IMG/VR virus record: IMGVR_UViG_3300006738_000004
Span: 36,936-100,935 of that record
Length of the DNA: 64,000 bases
Source: a virus
Direction: 5' to 3' (one strand)
This document shows, in pieces, positions 39,247 through 48,601 of the stretch. Both the position numbers and the translations under genes were made by a program. The notes below the pieces were generated by a model that was not told where the DNA came from, ran no database searches, and was given only the letters and a program-made list of their open reading frames with translations. Each line of letters starts with the position of its first letter. The stretch's first letter is position 1.

Positions 39247-40068
39247 GTGGAGGCTGCCTTGAAGCATGAGAAGCTAATCTCGTTTCGCTCTTCCCGTGTC
39301 ACAGCGGATATTACTGCTGCCATCCAGAGACTGGAGGTGGCAGCAGTAGAGCGCGGGGACGTGAAAGTCCACTTCAAGGGTGTTGCTGCGGGACAAACAT
39401 GGGACCGGGTTCAGGCACGTCCTGGGCCTCTCAAGCTACCCGCTCACCTTTCCATGCAACCCGCAGGCAGGGAGGTGTACCTGAAAGTGAGCTTCACGGA
39501 GGAGGGTGAGGACACCTTCCAACGTCGAGAGGCAGAGCTTGCTGTCCTGTGGGGGCTTGCCATCCCTTTGGGGTTCACCCCATGGCAACGGTTTCCTGTT
39601 CCCGGCAAGTTGGCTGAGGTGTTCCATTTCCTGGGGCCTTGGGACCACATCGTTGATTCCATGCACGGTGAGGGCCGAGGAGAGTGGGCGTGGCCTTCCG
39701 TTTGTGCAGCAGCCCAATGCGCTGTTGGGAAGTGGGAAGGAGACCAGCCTCTTGAACGCTATGTTCAGGCTCAACTTCACCGGATGGGGATCAACTGCGG
39801 CCCGGTGGACGGGGCTATCGGAGATCGAACTCTGGGTGCTTTGCGTGCTTTGGGGTTGGTGGGGGTGCCCGTGGCGCAGATTGCCGAAGCACTGGGCCAG
39901 ATGAAGGCCCCCAAACCCACCAAGATCGAGAGACAGGTAGGGCATGTCATCCTGCCAGGAGGGCATCGGGCCTTTACGTCTGGGCAAGTTCAGTCCATGA
40001 GAACAAAGACTGGCTACACACTCTCATATGATGGTCCCGGCAAGGTCATCCTGATGATTGAGGGCTGA
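39247..40068 (+). CDS. peptidoglycan-binding-domain protein (possible degenerate M15 peptidase/endolysin relative)
   Basis: VQAQLHRMGINCGPVDGAIGDRTLGAL matches PG_binding_1. Confidence 0.6.
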   Translation: MEAALKHEKLISFRSSRVTADITAAIQRLEVAAVERGDVKVHFKGVAAGQTWDRVQARPGPLKLPAHLSMQPAGREVYLKVSFTEEGEDTFQRREAELAVLWGLAIPLGFTPWQRFPVPGKLAEVFHFLGPWDHIVDSMHGEGRGEWAWPSVCAAAQCAVGKWEGDQPLERYVQAQLHRMGINCGPVDGAIGDRTLGALRALGLVGVPVAQIAEALGQMKAPKPTKIERQVGHVILPGGHRAFTSGQVQSMRTKTGYTLSYDGPGKVILMIEG

Positions 40069-40069
40069 T

Positions 40070-40684
40070 ATGCACACTCAAGCTCTGGACCTCAATGACC
40101 CATCCCAAGCCTGCATGTACGGCAAGGGGGATGACATCTTCAAGATCGTCACGGAGCAGGCCAAGGTTTTCAACTCTGCTCTGAAGCCCTATGGGTCCAA
40201 GGTGTGGCCTTTGGTCCGTAAGGTAGGCGAAACCTACAAGGTCGCCCCCAACTTCGTCATGTCCAACCTCTTTGCCCGCGAGGCAAGCTGGCCGACATGG
40301 CTGTCCAAGGATGACCGCAGGCTCCTGCGCCTCTTGACGGAGTTGTTCTTCTTGCACGGTGGCCGCATCAATCTCCGCGACCCTTTGCAAGGAGGTACCC
40401 GAGGATTTCTGCTGCCAGAAGATGACAAGGCGATCCACAAGGCTTTCAAGGCTTTGATCAGTGCGGCAGAGAAGGAGTTCGAGAAGCCGTTGCTTCGGGT
40501 GTTTGCCCGACTGGAAGCACAGGTCGTTCCTCGAATCCAGGAGGCGTGCGTATGCCTCTACGGCGAGGAGTGCAGCAAGACGGACGCGGAAGAGTTATTT
40601 GAATCGGATCTGGTTCGGGGCCTGGACCACAACAAGATCCCCATCGAACGGCCTCAGGCTATGCGGTCGTTGCTCTTGAAGTAG
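40070..40684 (+). CDS. hypothetical helical protein
   Basis: Tightly packed after 39247-40068. Confidence 0.65.
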   Translation: MHTQALDLNDPSQACMYGKGDDIFKIVTEQAKVFNSALKPYGSKVWPLVRKVGETYKVAPNFVMSNLFAREASWPTWLSKDDRRLLRLLTELFFLHGGRINLRDPLQGGTRGFLLPEDDKAIHKAFKALISAAEKEFEKPLLRVFARLEAQVVPRIQEACVCLYGEECSKTDAEELFESDLVRGLDHNKIPIERPQAMRSLLLK

Positions 40685-40713
40685 GGGGGTCCTAAAGGGC
40701 TTCGGGAGGGTAT
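40685..40713 (+). promoter_or_regulatory. class C motif GGGGGTC-N16-GGGTAT
   Basis: Intergenic, upstream of the SNF2 helicase. Confidence 0.65.
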
Positions 40714-40736
40714 CCCTCATAGTTGGAGGCCCTCCC

Positions 40737-42320
40737 ATGCAGACCGTCTACGAGAAGCTCCAGAAGATCCGTGAAAAGGACGATCTGGCACTTCCGCACC
40801 CCACCTATATGGCCTCGTCCATCACGAAGCGGGACGGGTCCACTATCCCCTTCACCTTGCGGGGCTACCAAACCCAGATGGTCGTCCATCTGCTGGCGAT
40901 GAAGCGGTTTGTCGTGGGCGATGACACGGGCTTGGGGAAGACGGTTGAGGCCATCGTTGCGATGTGTCACCTGTGGGAGCGCGACCCGGAACTCAAGGCA
41001 GTCATCTTGACCAAGAAGTCTTCAGTGCCTCAATGGGCTTCGGAGTTTGCCCGGTTCACTCAAGGGGTAGAGGTGCTGGTGGCGAAGGGGCCACCTCCCA
41101 AGCGTGCAGCTATCCACGAGGCTTGGGAGAACAGCACAGGCCCTACTGTTCTGATTCAGGGCTACTCCTCTGCGTGCAACGACTTCTCTCGAATCCAGCA
41201 TTGGGAAGGTCATGTCCTGGTGACGGACGAGGCAACGGTCTACAAGACGCCCACCACGCGGGTCCACAAAGTCTGTCGCCACCTTGCAGCCCAGGCTGAC
41301 CGTTGCTGGGCGTTGACGGCCACCCTCATCAAGAACTCCCTGATGGAAGGCTACGGCATCTACAAGGTGGTGGTCCCTGACTTGTTCCGCATGTCAAAGC
41401 ACGCCTTCATGCAGAACTTCTGCATCCTCCGAATGCAGACAGTGGCGCGGGGTAGGCAGATCCCTGTGATTGTCGGCTACCGGGACCAAGACGTTTCACG
41501 ATTCAGGGACCAGATTGACCCGTACTACCTGGGGCGTCCTAAGCATCAGGTCGCTCACGAGCTTCCTGTCCTCACCACGAGGGATGTCTATGTCGGACTG
41601 TCGAAGTTCCAGAAGGAGAAGTACAGGGAGGCCCTGGACGGTTTGCTGGGCCATGGGGATGGGGAAGACAGGGAGACGACACAGCTTACGGCGCTCATCT
41701 ACTGCCAGGAGATCGTCAACCATCCCTCATTGATCGGTTTTGGAGACTCTTCTTCCGAGAAGATGGACGCGCTGGAAGCACTCCTGTCGGAGGGCGGTGA
41801 CCTCGAAGGAGAGAAGGTCATCGTCTTCACCCGGTTCAGAAAGATGGTGGATGTTGCCATCCCACTGCTGGAGAAGAACGGGTCTAAGTGTGTGCGTGTA
41901 ACGGGGGATGAGGGGGAAGATGAACGCAAGGCGGCGATGGATGCTTTCCAAGACCCTTCCTCCGACACAAACGTGATCTTCATCACCATGGCTGGAGGGG
42001 ATGCCATCAACCTTCAGGCAGCCAAGGCGCTCATCTTTTACGACACCCCTTGGAGTGCAGGCGACTACTTGCAAGTGCTGGGTCGCATGATCCGCATCGG
42101 TTCTGACCATGACCGCGTGTACGCCTTCCATCTTATCTGCGAAGACACCGTAGACGAGCGGGTTCAGGTAGTGCTGAGGAAGAAGATGGGCCTGATTGAG
42201 GCGGTGTTGGGAGAGCGGCTGCGCGGTGAGAAGGCTACCGGAAAGGTTTACTCGGTAGGGTCTGATGTCAAAGACCTCTACGACGCCTTGGTCATGGATG
42301 CCATCGGGAGACCGGAATGA
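40737..42320 (+). CDS. SNF2-family helicase/ATPase
   Basis: GDDTGLGKT, DEAT, LTAT, INLQAA, QVLGRMIRIG motifs. Confidence 0.9.
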   Translation: MQTVYEKLQKIREKDDLALPHPTYMASSITKRDGSTIPFTLRGYQTQMVVHLLAMKRFVVGDDTGLGKTVEAIVAMCHLWERDPELKAVILTKKSSVPQWASEFARFTQGVEVLVAKGPPPKRAAIHEAWENSTGPTVLIQGYSSACNDFSRIQHWEGHVLVTDEATVYKTPTTRVHKVCRHLAAQADRCWALTATLIKNSLMEGYGIYKVVVPDLFRMSKHAFMQNFCILRMQTVARGRQIPVIVGYRDQDVSRFRDQIDPYYLGRPKHQVAHELPVLTTRDVYVGLSKFQKEKYREALDGLLGHGDGEDRETTQLTALIYCQEIVNHPSLIGFGDSSSEKMDALEALLSEGGDLEGEKVIVFTRFRKMVDVAIPLLEKNGSKCVRVTGDEGEDERKAAMDAFQDPSSDTNVIFITMAGGDAINLQAAKALIFYDTPWSAGDYLQVLGRMIRIGSDHDRVYAFHLICEDTVDERVQVVLRKKMGLIEAVLGERLRGEKATGKVYSVGSDVKDLYDALVMDAIGRPE

Positions 42321-43051
42321 TTGCAAAGAAGGATTGTCCCGCCTGTGAGGGAACAGGGACTGTGAGGGCGACCTCCAACCCGCCCCATCCTCCTTCGTAC
42401 CGTCGTTGCGAGTGCATCCTTCATCACGACATCCTCGCCAATGTAGAGCGAGGAATGAAGAACCTGTCATCAGCCGAGGTCATCAAGGAATCACGCCTTA
42501 CGGGCCTTGAAAAGGCCAATATCGTGGTGACGGCTGGGTCTAAGAAGTTCAAGTCGCACCTGCGGCACCTTGCAGTAAGGCAGCCTCCGACTTGGAGCTT
42601 CAAGGTGGTGTCTGACGCTGAGCTTGTGACTGCGTGGCTGTCGTCTACTGCTCTCAAAGGAGTCGATATTATCGACCCGGATGCCTACATGGTGTCCACC
42701 ACCTACCTCTCTATCCCCGACTTGGTGATGCCTCCTGGCCTCCTGGTGATTCGGATGGGGGTAAAGGTCGCTCGTAACCAAGCCTCCCCTGAAGTGTTGG
42801 CTGAAGCTGTGAACCTGCGCTCTCATAGCGGGAAGCCCACCTGGATTTGGGATGAGCCTACACACCCCCTTGGACCTGGACATTTGTTTTGGTCGGATGC
42901 GGTTGCAGACATCGTGGGGGAGTGGGAGCAGATCAAGCTCGTAGGGAAGTCTGATCCTCGAAGCCCTTCTCCCTCCTCTTCTGGGAAGGGGCAACCTCCC
43001 CGTATGGGCACAGGCAGCAAAAAGTCTCTGCGAGGCGGGAGTAAGGGGTGA
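42317..43051 (+). CDS. DnaC/IstB-like helicase-loader relative with N-terminal zinc site, ATPase motifs degenerate
   Basis: CPAC...RCEC; LLVI...NLRSHSGKPTWI; directly upstream of DnaB. Confidence 0.5.
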   Translation: MIAKKDCPACEGTGTVRATSNPPHPPSYRRCECILHHDILANVERGMKNLSSAEVIKESRLTGLEKANIVVTAGSKKFKSHLRHLAVRQPPTWSFKVVSDAELVTAWLSSTALKGVDIIDPDAYMVSTTYLSIPDLVMPPGLLVIRMGVKVARNQASPEVLAEAVNLRSHSGKPTWIWDEPTHPLGPGHLFWSDAVADIVGEWEQIKLVGKSDPRSPSPSSSGKGQPPRMGTGSKKSLRGGSKG

Positions 43052-44640
43052 AAACACTACTTCGTTCAACATTTGTTGCCGGGGCAAACGACGACCGAGA
43101 GCTTCTGTTACGAAACGTGCAGGCTCTTCGAGATTCGGGCTTAGGGTTCGACAATCCTGAGGACGGAGCCATCTGGGGCTACGTCCAGGACTTCCGTGAC
43201 CAGTACCACCACGTTCCTGACGCCACGACTCTTCGGAACCACTTCATCCAGGTTCGAGAGAACGAGGTGGTGGACCGCTTGGATGCGTTGGCGGTTGTGC
43301 CTCCTCGAACTCAGGGAGACTTCCTTCGCATCCTTGAAGCACGCGCTGAAGATCGCCGGGTGCGGATTGTGTCCGAGGTTCTGCGTGAAGCAGCACGCAT
43401 CGTGGACACGGGCATCACGATCAAGGAGGGGCGCGACGAAAGACTGCTTCGAGGCCCTGCCAGCGCGATTCGCTACATCCTCGACCGAGGGCATGAGGTC
43501 ATCATGCCCTCCACGGGAGTGCGGCTGTCCGGTGAGGTCACAGCCGACGGGGATGCTTTCCTCAAGGAGTACGACCGGGTTGAGTCAGACCCGTTGGCAG
43601 GTATCGGACAGTTCAGCGGCATCGAGCAGATGGATCTTGCTCTCAAAGGAGCGAAACGAGGGGAACTTTGGACCCATGCAGCTTTCACAGGCGGCCTGAA
43701 AAGTACGCTGGCTCTCAACTGGGCGTACAACCAAGCCGTCCACTACAAGCACTCCTCCATCTTCTTTTCGCTGGAGATGCCTTACCAACAGGTTCGGCGC
43801 ATCCTGTACACCCTCCACTCTTCCCACGACAAGTTCGCTGAGGTTCGCAAGGAGCTTGGCATCGGGCGCTGTATTTCCTATCAGCGCGTTCGTGATGGTG
43901 AGTTGGACACCTACCCCGCTGAAGTCCTGGAAAAGATGTCTGAGGCGCAAATAGAGGCCCTGGTGGACGGTTGCCGAGACCCGGATCGTCCTGAGCGCAA
44001 GTTCCTGACGGAATACGTCGTTCCTGACTTCAATGACCGGGCCAACAACTACGGCTCCATTCACATTGAGGTGGCCGACCCCGATAAGTCTGACTTCACA
44101 GTGACGGACCTCAAGGCCCGTTCTGAACTGATCCACTCGAAGGACCCTCAGGTGTCGATGATCATTGCTGACCATGCGGGGCTGATGTCACCTCGTCATC
44201 GTCATCGGTCCACCACGGAGAACCTGAACGAGGTGATTCGGGACCTGAAGCGGTTGGCGATGTCCTTCAACCGAGGGGCCGGAATCGCTGTGGTATCCCT
44301 CTTCCAGATCAACCGAGAGGGGTATAAGAACGCCGAAAAGAATGGCGGGTCCTACAACCTCACCCACCTCTCTTATGCCAATGAGGCAGAGCGGTCTTCC
44401 GACATTGTGACCGCAGGGTGGATTGACCCGGAACTCGCCAAACGAGGACTGGTCAAGGTTCAGTGCTTGAAGTCGCGTGATGATGAACCCTTTGCGGATT
44501 TCTATGCGGGCATCGTATGGGATTGCCGCCGCCTCACCACTGTCCATGACGTGACCCCTGAAGCAGCCAAGCGGGCAGGGGATGCTATCGACAGCACAGG
44601 TGACGAGTTGGGAGAGCGGCTTCTGGAAGACTCACCGTGA
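43048..44640 (+). CDS. dnaB: DnaB-like replicative helicase
   Basis: RGELW...FTGGLKST Walker A, FFSLEM, IIADH, QINR, EAERSSDIV, KSRD. Confidence 0.85.
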   Translation: MKTLLRSTFVAGANDDRELLLRNVQALRDSGLGFDNPEDGAIWGYVQDFRDQYHHVPDATTLRNHFIQVRENEVVDRLDALAVVPPRTQGDFLRILEARAEDRRVRIVSEVLREAARIVDTGITIKEGRDERLLRGPASAIRYILDRGHEVIMPSTGVRLSGEVTADGDAFLKEYDRVESDPLAGIGQFSGIEQMDLALKGAKRGELWTHAAFTGGLKSTLALNWAYNQAVHYKHSSIFFSLEMPYQQVRRILYTLHSSHDKFAEVRKELGIGRCISYQRVRDGELDTYPAEVLEKMSEAQIEALVDGCRDPDRPERKFLTEYVVPDFNDRANNYGSIHIEVADPDKSDFTVTDLKARSELIHSKDPQVSMIIADHAGLMSPRHRHRSTTENLNEVIRDLKRLAMSFNRGAGIAVVSLFQINREGYKNAEKNGGSYNLTHLSYANEAERSSDIVTAGWIDPELAKRGLVKVQCLKSRDDEPFADFYAGIVWDCRRLTTVHDVTPEAAKRAGDAIDSTGDELGERLLEDSP

Positions 44641-45230
44641 GTAGGGGTAAGCGCAGGGCAGAGCGCATCCATGATCAAGTCCCCATCGTGCAGGTGCTGG
44701 CTGACTACGGCTACTCGGTTCACTCTGATGGGGGCAGCCGAGAGCAGCAGTTCTCCTGTGACCTGCACGGCGATGGCCGAGACACCAAGCCCTCAGCACG
44801 GGTCTACCCCGATTCAGCGAGCTTCTATTGCTTTGCGTGCGGGGAGTCCCGCGATGCCATCTCCCTGGTTCGAGAGAAGGAGGGCGTGAGTTTCGGGGCG
44901 GCCTTGAAGGTGCTGGAATCAAGGTACGGGTTGCCAGCGTTGCCTTGGGAGGATGGCGATGCGTGGGAATCAACTGAGAAGCAAGTGGAGGGTGCTCTGG
45001 AGCACACGCAATCGGTCGATGAGTGCAGGCAAAGAGTCGAGCGGTTCTTGCTGGGGTTGACCAAGGAGAAGTCGTTGGGGATGGAGAAATCAGCGTCCCT
45101 CTGGGAAGCCTTCGACAAGATTGCCTACCTTCACGAAAAGGATTCCTTGGAATCGCCTCAAGCGATTGTTCTGTTCATGAAGATTTTACGCTCTGCCAAG
45201 GAATCTCTGGGGGTCAGGCACACCCTCTAA
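44637..45230 (+). CDS. stand-alone CHC2 zinc-finger protein (primase zinc-binding domain, no TOPRIM)
   Basis: CDLH..D.KPS..VY....FYCFACG...DAI.LV...EG.SF..A. Confidence 0.8.
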   Translation: MSRGKRRAERIHDQVPIVQVLADYGYSVHSDGGSREQQFSCDLHGDGRDTKPSARVYPDSASFYCFACGESRDAISLVREKEGVSFGAALKVLESRYGLPALPWEDGDAWESTEKQVEGALEHTQSVDECRQRVERFLLGLTKEKSLGMEKSASLWEAFDKIAYLHEKDSLESPQAIVLFMKILRSAKESLGVRHTL

Positions 45231-45238
45231 ACGGGTAT
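45209..45238 (+). promoter_or_regulatory. class C motif GGGGGTC-N17-GGGTAT
   Basis: Upstream of the DNA polymerase RBS GGAGGT. Confidence 0.6.
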
Positions 45239-45257
45239 TCGTGTCTGTGGAGGTAAT

Positions 45258-47969
45258 GTGACCGACTTCTTTGACCAGCTTCAAGAAATGGAAAAGCCCG
45301 TAGTGGAGCGGAAGCTGTGGATGGACTCCGTCACGATGACGGTAGCCACCACTGAGGATCTGGACAGGATCGTTGACGAGTGCATCGCATCTGGGCTTTA
45401 CGGCCTCGACCTGGAAACCACAGGGTTGGATGCTCGGGTCTTCCACACGGAAAACGGGACTCCTTACACCAACGACAAGATCGTTGGCTACTGCATCGCC
45501 CCTAATGAGGACACTGGCTACTACATCCCCGTCCGGCACAAGGAAACGGATACCAATGTGCCTCCCCGCCTCGTAGCCGAAGCCATGAAGAGGTTGGTGG
45601 AATCAGACGCCGTAGCGGTTTTCCACAACGGGAAGTTCGACCAGGAGTTCCTTCAACATGATGACTACGGCCCCATTGGGGAATGGGAGAACCCGAAGGG
45701 GTGGGAAGACACCCTCATTCTCGCCTACTTGCGGAACACACGAGAGAGGAACAAGGGCCTGAAGGCGTTGTCGAAGAACGAGCTTGGCATGGAGATGATT
45801 GAGTTGAAGGAACTCTTCCCTCCCGAAAAGAAGCGGCAAGGGTTCTTCGACTTCTCTACTTTGGACCCTACTTGGCCCCCTTGTGTCTGGTATGCAGCGG
45901 CAGATGCCATTTGCACCTTGCGGCTTTTCCATGTCCTTCATCCCACAGTCATGGAGAGGGACGATCACAACAAGAGCCAACAGACCATTTATGCTCTGGA
46001 GAAGGGGTGCGTAGCAGCTACCCGTTGGATGGAGCGGTGTCGTATCCACATCGACCGGGAAAAGGTCGAGGAGTTGATTCGGCTCGGTCAACAGGAATGG
46101 ATGGACTGCCTTCGGGAAGTCTATGCGGATGCGGAAGGACTGTTGGGACGAGATGTGAGGCCCGGTTGGTTCAGGGTCATGGATGGAGAGGACGCAACCC
46201 TCAAGTTTGACCCCGACATTGTCAGGCCCTCCTACATGGAGGTGCGGGAGAAGGCGAATCAAGTCCCCTTTGAGGCCCCTCCATCTCTCATGAAGTCTGT
46301 GCCCTCACTGGTCAACATCAAGATGCAGGAATCAGTGGCGTTTCCTGCCATCTATGACGTGACCATCCCTGCAAACCTGGGCCTGATGATGCGGGAGTTG
46401 AACGTCCAGGGGTTGCGGCCCACCGAGAAATCAGGACAGGTGAAGACCTCAAAAGATGAGTTGGAGCGGGTGCTGGACAACGCGGGGGATCAGTTCCCCT
46501 TCATGGCGAAGGTCAAGAGGTTCCGCGAAGTTGCCAAGGGGCTTTCCTCCAACCTCTTCCCGGTTTGGCTCGACACAAGCCCAGCCCGTGCCCCCGATGG
46601 GTGTATTTGGGCGGGGTTCAACGGCCACAAGGTAGACACAGGACGGTTCTCCACCCCTACCCCGCGTAAGGGTGCGTTTCATGGGCAGGTGCGGTGGAAT
46701 CTCCACAGCATCCCGGCCACCTACGACAAGTCCAAGCCGTCATGTCTGTTGCGGATGCGGGAGTGCCTTACTGCTCGTCCTGGACGCATCCTGTTCGCTA
46801 TCGACTATTCCGGGGTTGAGCTTCGGATTGTCACCAACATCTCGGGTGAGCCAAAGTGGGTGGAGGAGTTCTTTCGCTGCTCCTCGTGTGACAAACGGTT
46901 CCCCCAAGGGGAGCTTCCTCCCCCCTTCTGCCCGGAATGTAGCTCCGACAAGATTGGAGACATCCACACCCTCACTGCCCTGGCGATCTACGGCGAAAGC
47001 AGCAAGCAACAGCGGCAGAACGCCAAGGCGTTGAACTTTGCGATGTGCTACGGCGGGGGTGGGTTGGCCGCTCAGCGGGCTGTTGGCGTTGGTAAAGAAG
47101 AAGGCCATCGCATCAAGCGCCAGTTCGACAAGACCTATACGGGCTTGCGTGCATGGTGGAAAGAGCAGCACAAGAAAGCCAAGAAGCAGAAGTACGTCAC
47201 GACAGCTTTTGGCCGCAAGTACCCGCTGCCTGACATCGACCATGAGATGGGCGGCTTCCGCTCCAAAGCAGAACGCAACAGCGTGAACGGCCCCGTGCAA
47301 GGAAGCAGTGCCGACATCATGAAGCTGGCGATGGCGTTGCTGCACCGCGACCTCAAGAAGAGAGGGTGGCTCAAAAAGGTTCTGATGACGGTCACCATCC
47401 ATGATGAGTTGGTCTTTGAGATTGAAGAAGACATCGCGGAAGAGGCAATCTTCATCATCGAGGACATCATGGTGAACAGAACGGCTCGCAACCTGCCGTG
47501 GGGAATCCCACTCAAAGTAGACATTGAGTTTGGGAGCGACTGGACAGTGCCGTACAACCTCACCGAGATGGCGCACAACCAAGGTGGAAACTGGACTTCC
47601 CATTTGGCCCAAGTGTTCCCACAGAGCTATGCGGCTTACCTGGAGGCGGGAGGCACAGTTGCGGAGGGGGAAGTCCCCCCACCCGTAAAAAGGAACACGG
47701 CAACCCCGCAACCGACAAGCAGCACCAAGCCAGCCCTTCCTTCCGACATCAGCAACAATGGAAAAGGCGAGGCCCATGTCTACCGGGTGCCTTCCCACAA
47801 GCTCACACCTTCAACTGCGGAGAAGCTCGCCAGAGTCATAGATCGGTGTTCGGGGCGTGGTACGGATGAGCTTCGTGTAGAGACGGACAGCGGTATTGAT
47901 CTTCTAAAGCAAGAGGTACGAGTCTCTTTCATCGAGTTTCAGATCATCGCCCGCTACGAGGGGCTGTGA
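45258..47969 (+). CDS. polA: family A DNA polymerase with 3'-5' exonuclease
   Basis: Exonuclease DLETTG, HNGKFD, YAAADA; polymerase motifs DYSGVELR, RQNAKALNFAMCYG, IHDEL. Confidence 0.95.
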   Translation: MTDFFDQLQEMEKPVVERKLWMDSVTMTVATTEDLDRIVDECIASGLYGLDLETTGLDARVFHTENGTPYTNDKIVGYCIAPNEDTGYYIPVRHKETDTNVPPRLVAEAMKRLVESDAVAVFHNGKFDQEFLQHDDYGPIGEWENPKGWEDTLILAYLRNTRERNKGLKALSKNELGMEMIELKELFPPEKKRQGFFDFSTLDPTWPPCVWYAAADAICTLRLFHVLHPTVMERDDHNKSQQTIYALEKGCVAATRWMERCRIHIDREKVEELIRLGQQEWMDCLREVYADAEGLLGRDVRPGWFRVMDGEDATLKFDPDIVRPSYMEVREKANQVPFEAPPSLMKSVPSLVNIKMQESVAFPAIYDVTIPANLGLMMRELNVQGLRPTEKSGQVKTSKDELERVLDNAGDQFPFMAKVKRFREVAKGLSSNLFPVWLDTSPARAPDGCIWAGFNGHKVDTGRFSTPTPRKGAFHGQVRWNLHSIPATYDKSKPSCLLRMRECLTARPGRILFAIDYSGVELRIVTNISGEPKWVEEFFRCSSCDKRFPQGELPPPFCPECSSDKIGDIHTLTALAIYGESSKQQRQNAKALNFAMCYGGGGLAAQRAVGVGKEEGHRIKRQFDKTYTGLRAWWKEQHKKAKKQKYVTTAFGRKYPLPDIDHEMGGFRSKAERNSVNGPVQGSSADIMKLAMALLHRDLKKRGWLKKVLMTVTIHDELVFEIEEDIAEEAIFIIEDIMVNRTARNLPWGIPLKVDIEFGSDWTVPYNLTEMAHNQGGNWTSHLAQVFPQSYAAYLEAGGTVAEGEVPPPVKRNTATPQPTSSTKPALPSDISNNGKGEAHVYRVPSHKLTPSTAEKLARVIDRCSGRGTDELRVETDSGIDLLKQEVRVSFIEFQIIARYEGL

Positions 47970-48286
47970 TGTCCGAAGGAATCGCAAAGTTAGAAGCCCA
48001 CGTTCGGCAACTGGAAGCCGACATGTCCGTCCTTTCGGAGGCCATGGCTGAAATCCTTGCGTGGTCCAAGGAGGCAGAGAAGGCTGGTCTTATCCCTGTG
48101 CAGGTGCGGGGTCGTGCCCGCACAGCCCTCAAGTTGTCGAAGAACCAAGCGGAGATGGAGACCCTTCAAGAGATCATCGGCATCTTGCAGAAGGACGGGG
48201 AGGGTACTCTGTATGAGAGCCTCCAATCCCGTTTACTTGTTCTCCAAGAACGGCGAGAGGAGTACCGCTCTGGTTTGGAGGGGTGA
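47969..48286 (+). CDS. coiled-coil hypothetical protein
   Basis: Overlaps the polymerase stop; heptad pattern. Confidence 0.65.
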   Translation: MSEGIAKLEAHVRQLEADMSVLSEAMAEILAWSKEAEKAGLIPVQVRGRARTALKLSKNQAEMETLQEIIGILQKDGEGTLYESLQSRLLVLQERREEYRSGLEG

Positions 48287-48289
48287 GAG

Positions 48290-48601
48290 ATGCCGCGTGA
48301 TCGAATGGGAAGCCTGGAAAACGGCCTGCATTGCCAGAACGGTGCGGAGTGGCCCCCTAAGGAAGTGTTTGGGTATGGGGAGGACCCTGAAGCCTGCCGT
48401 CCCCATGTTTCAGCACAACGCTACGAGCAGATCAAGACCTGGAAGCGGGTGTGCGGCTTGAAGGAGATGAACCCCGAGAAGTGCCCTACCTGTCCTTTCG
48501 CATTGGAACCCCACGAGGGTCCTCGCTTTGAACGACCCCCCAACAGCCCACAACCTCCTACGTCCTTCCTGAGCAGGGGCCGGTACAAGAGGTGGAAGTG
48601 A
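48290..48601 (+). CDS. Cys-containing hypothetical protein
   Basis: GGAGG RBS; CPTC. Confidence 0.6.
   Translation: MPRDRMGSLENGLHCQNGAEWPPKEVFGYGEDPEACRPHVSAQRYEQIKTWKRVCGLKEMNPEKCPTCPFALEPHEGPRFERPPNSPQPPTSFLSRGRYKRWK

Noticed and set aside
43048-47969. Inteins or introns in DnaB or the polymerase
   Set aside because: Lengths are normal, and no C...HN intein ends or LAGLIDADG motifs are visible.
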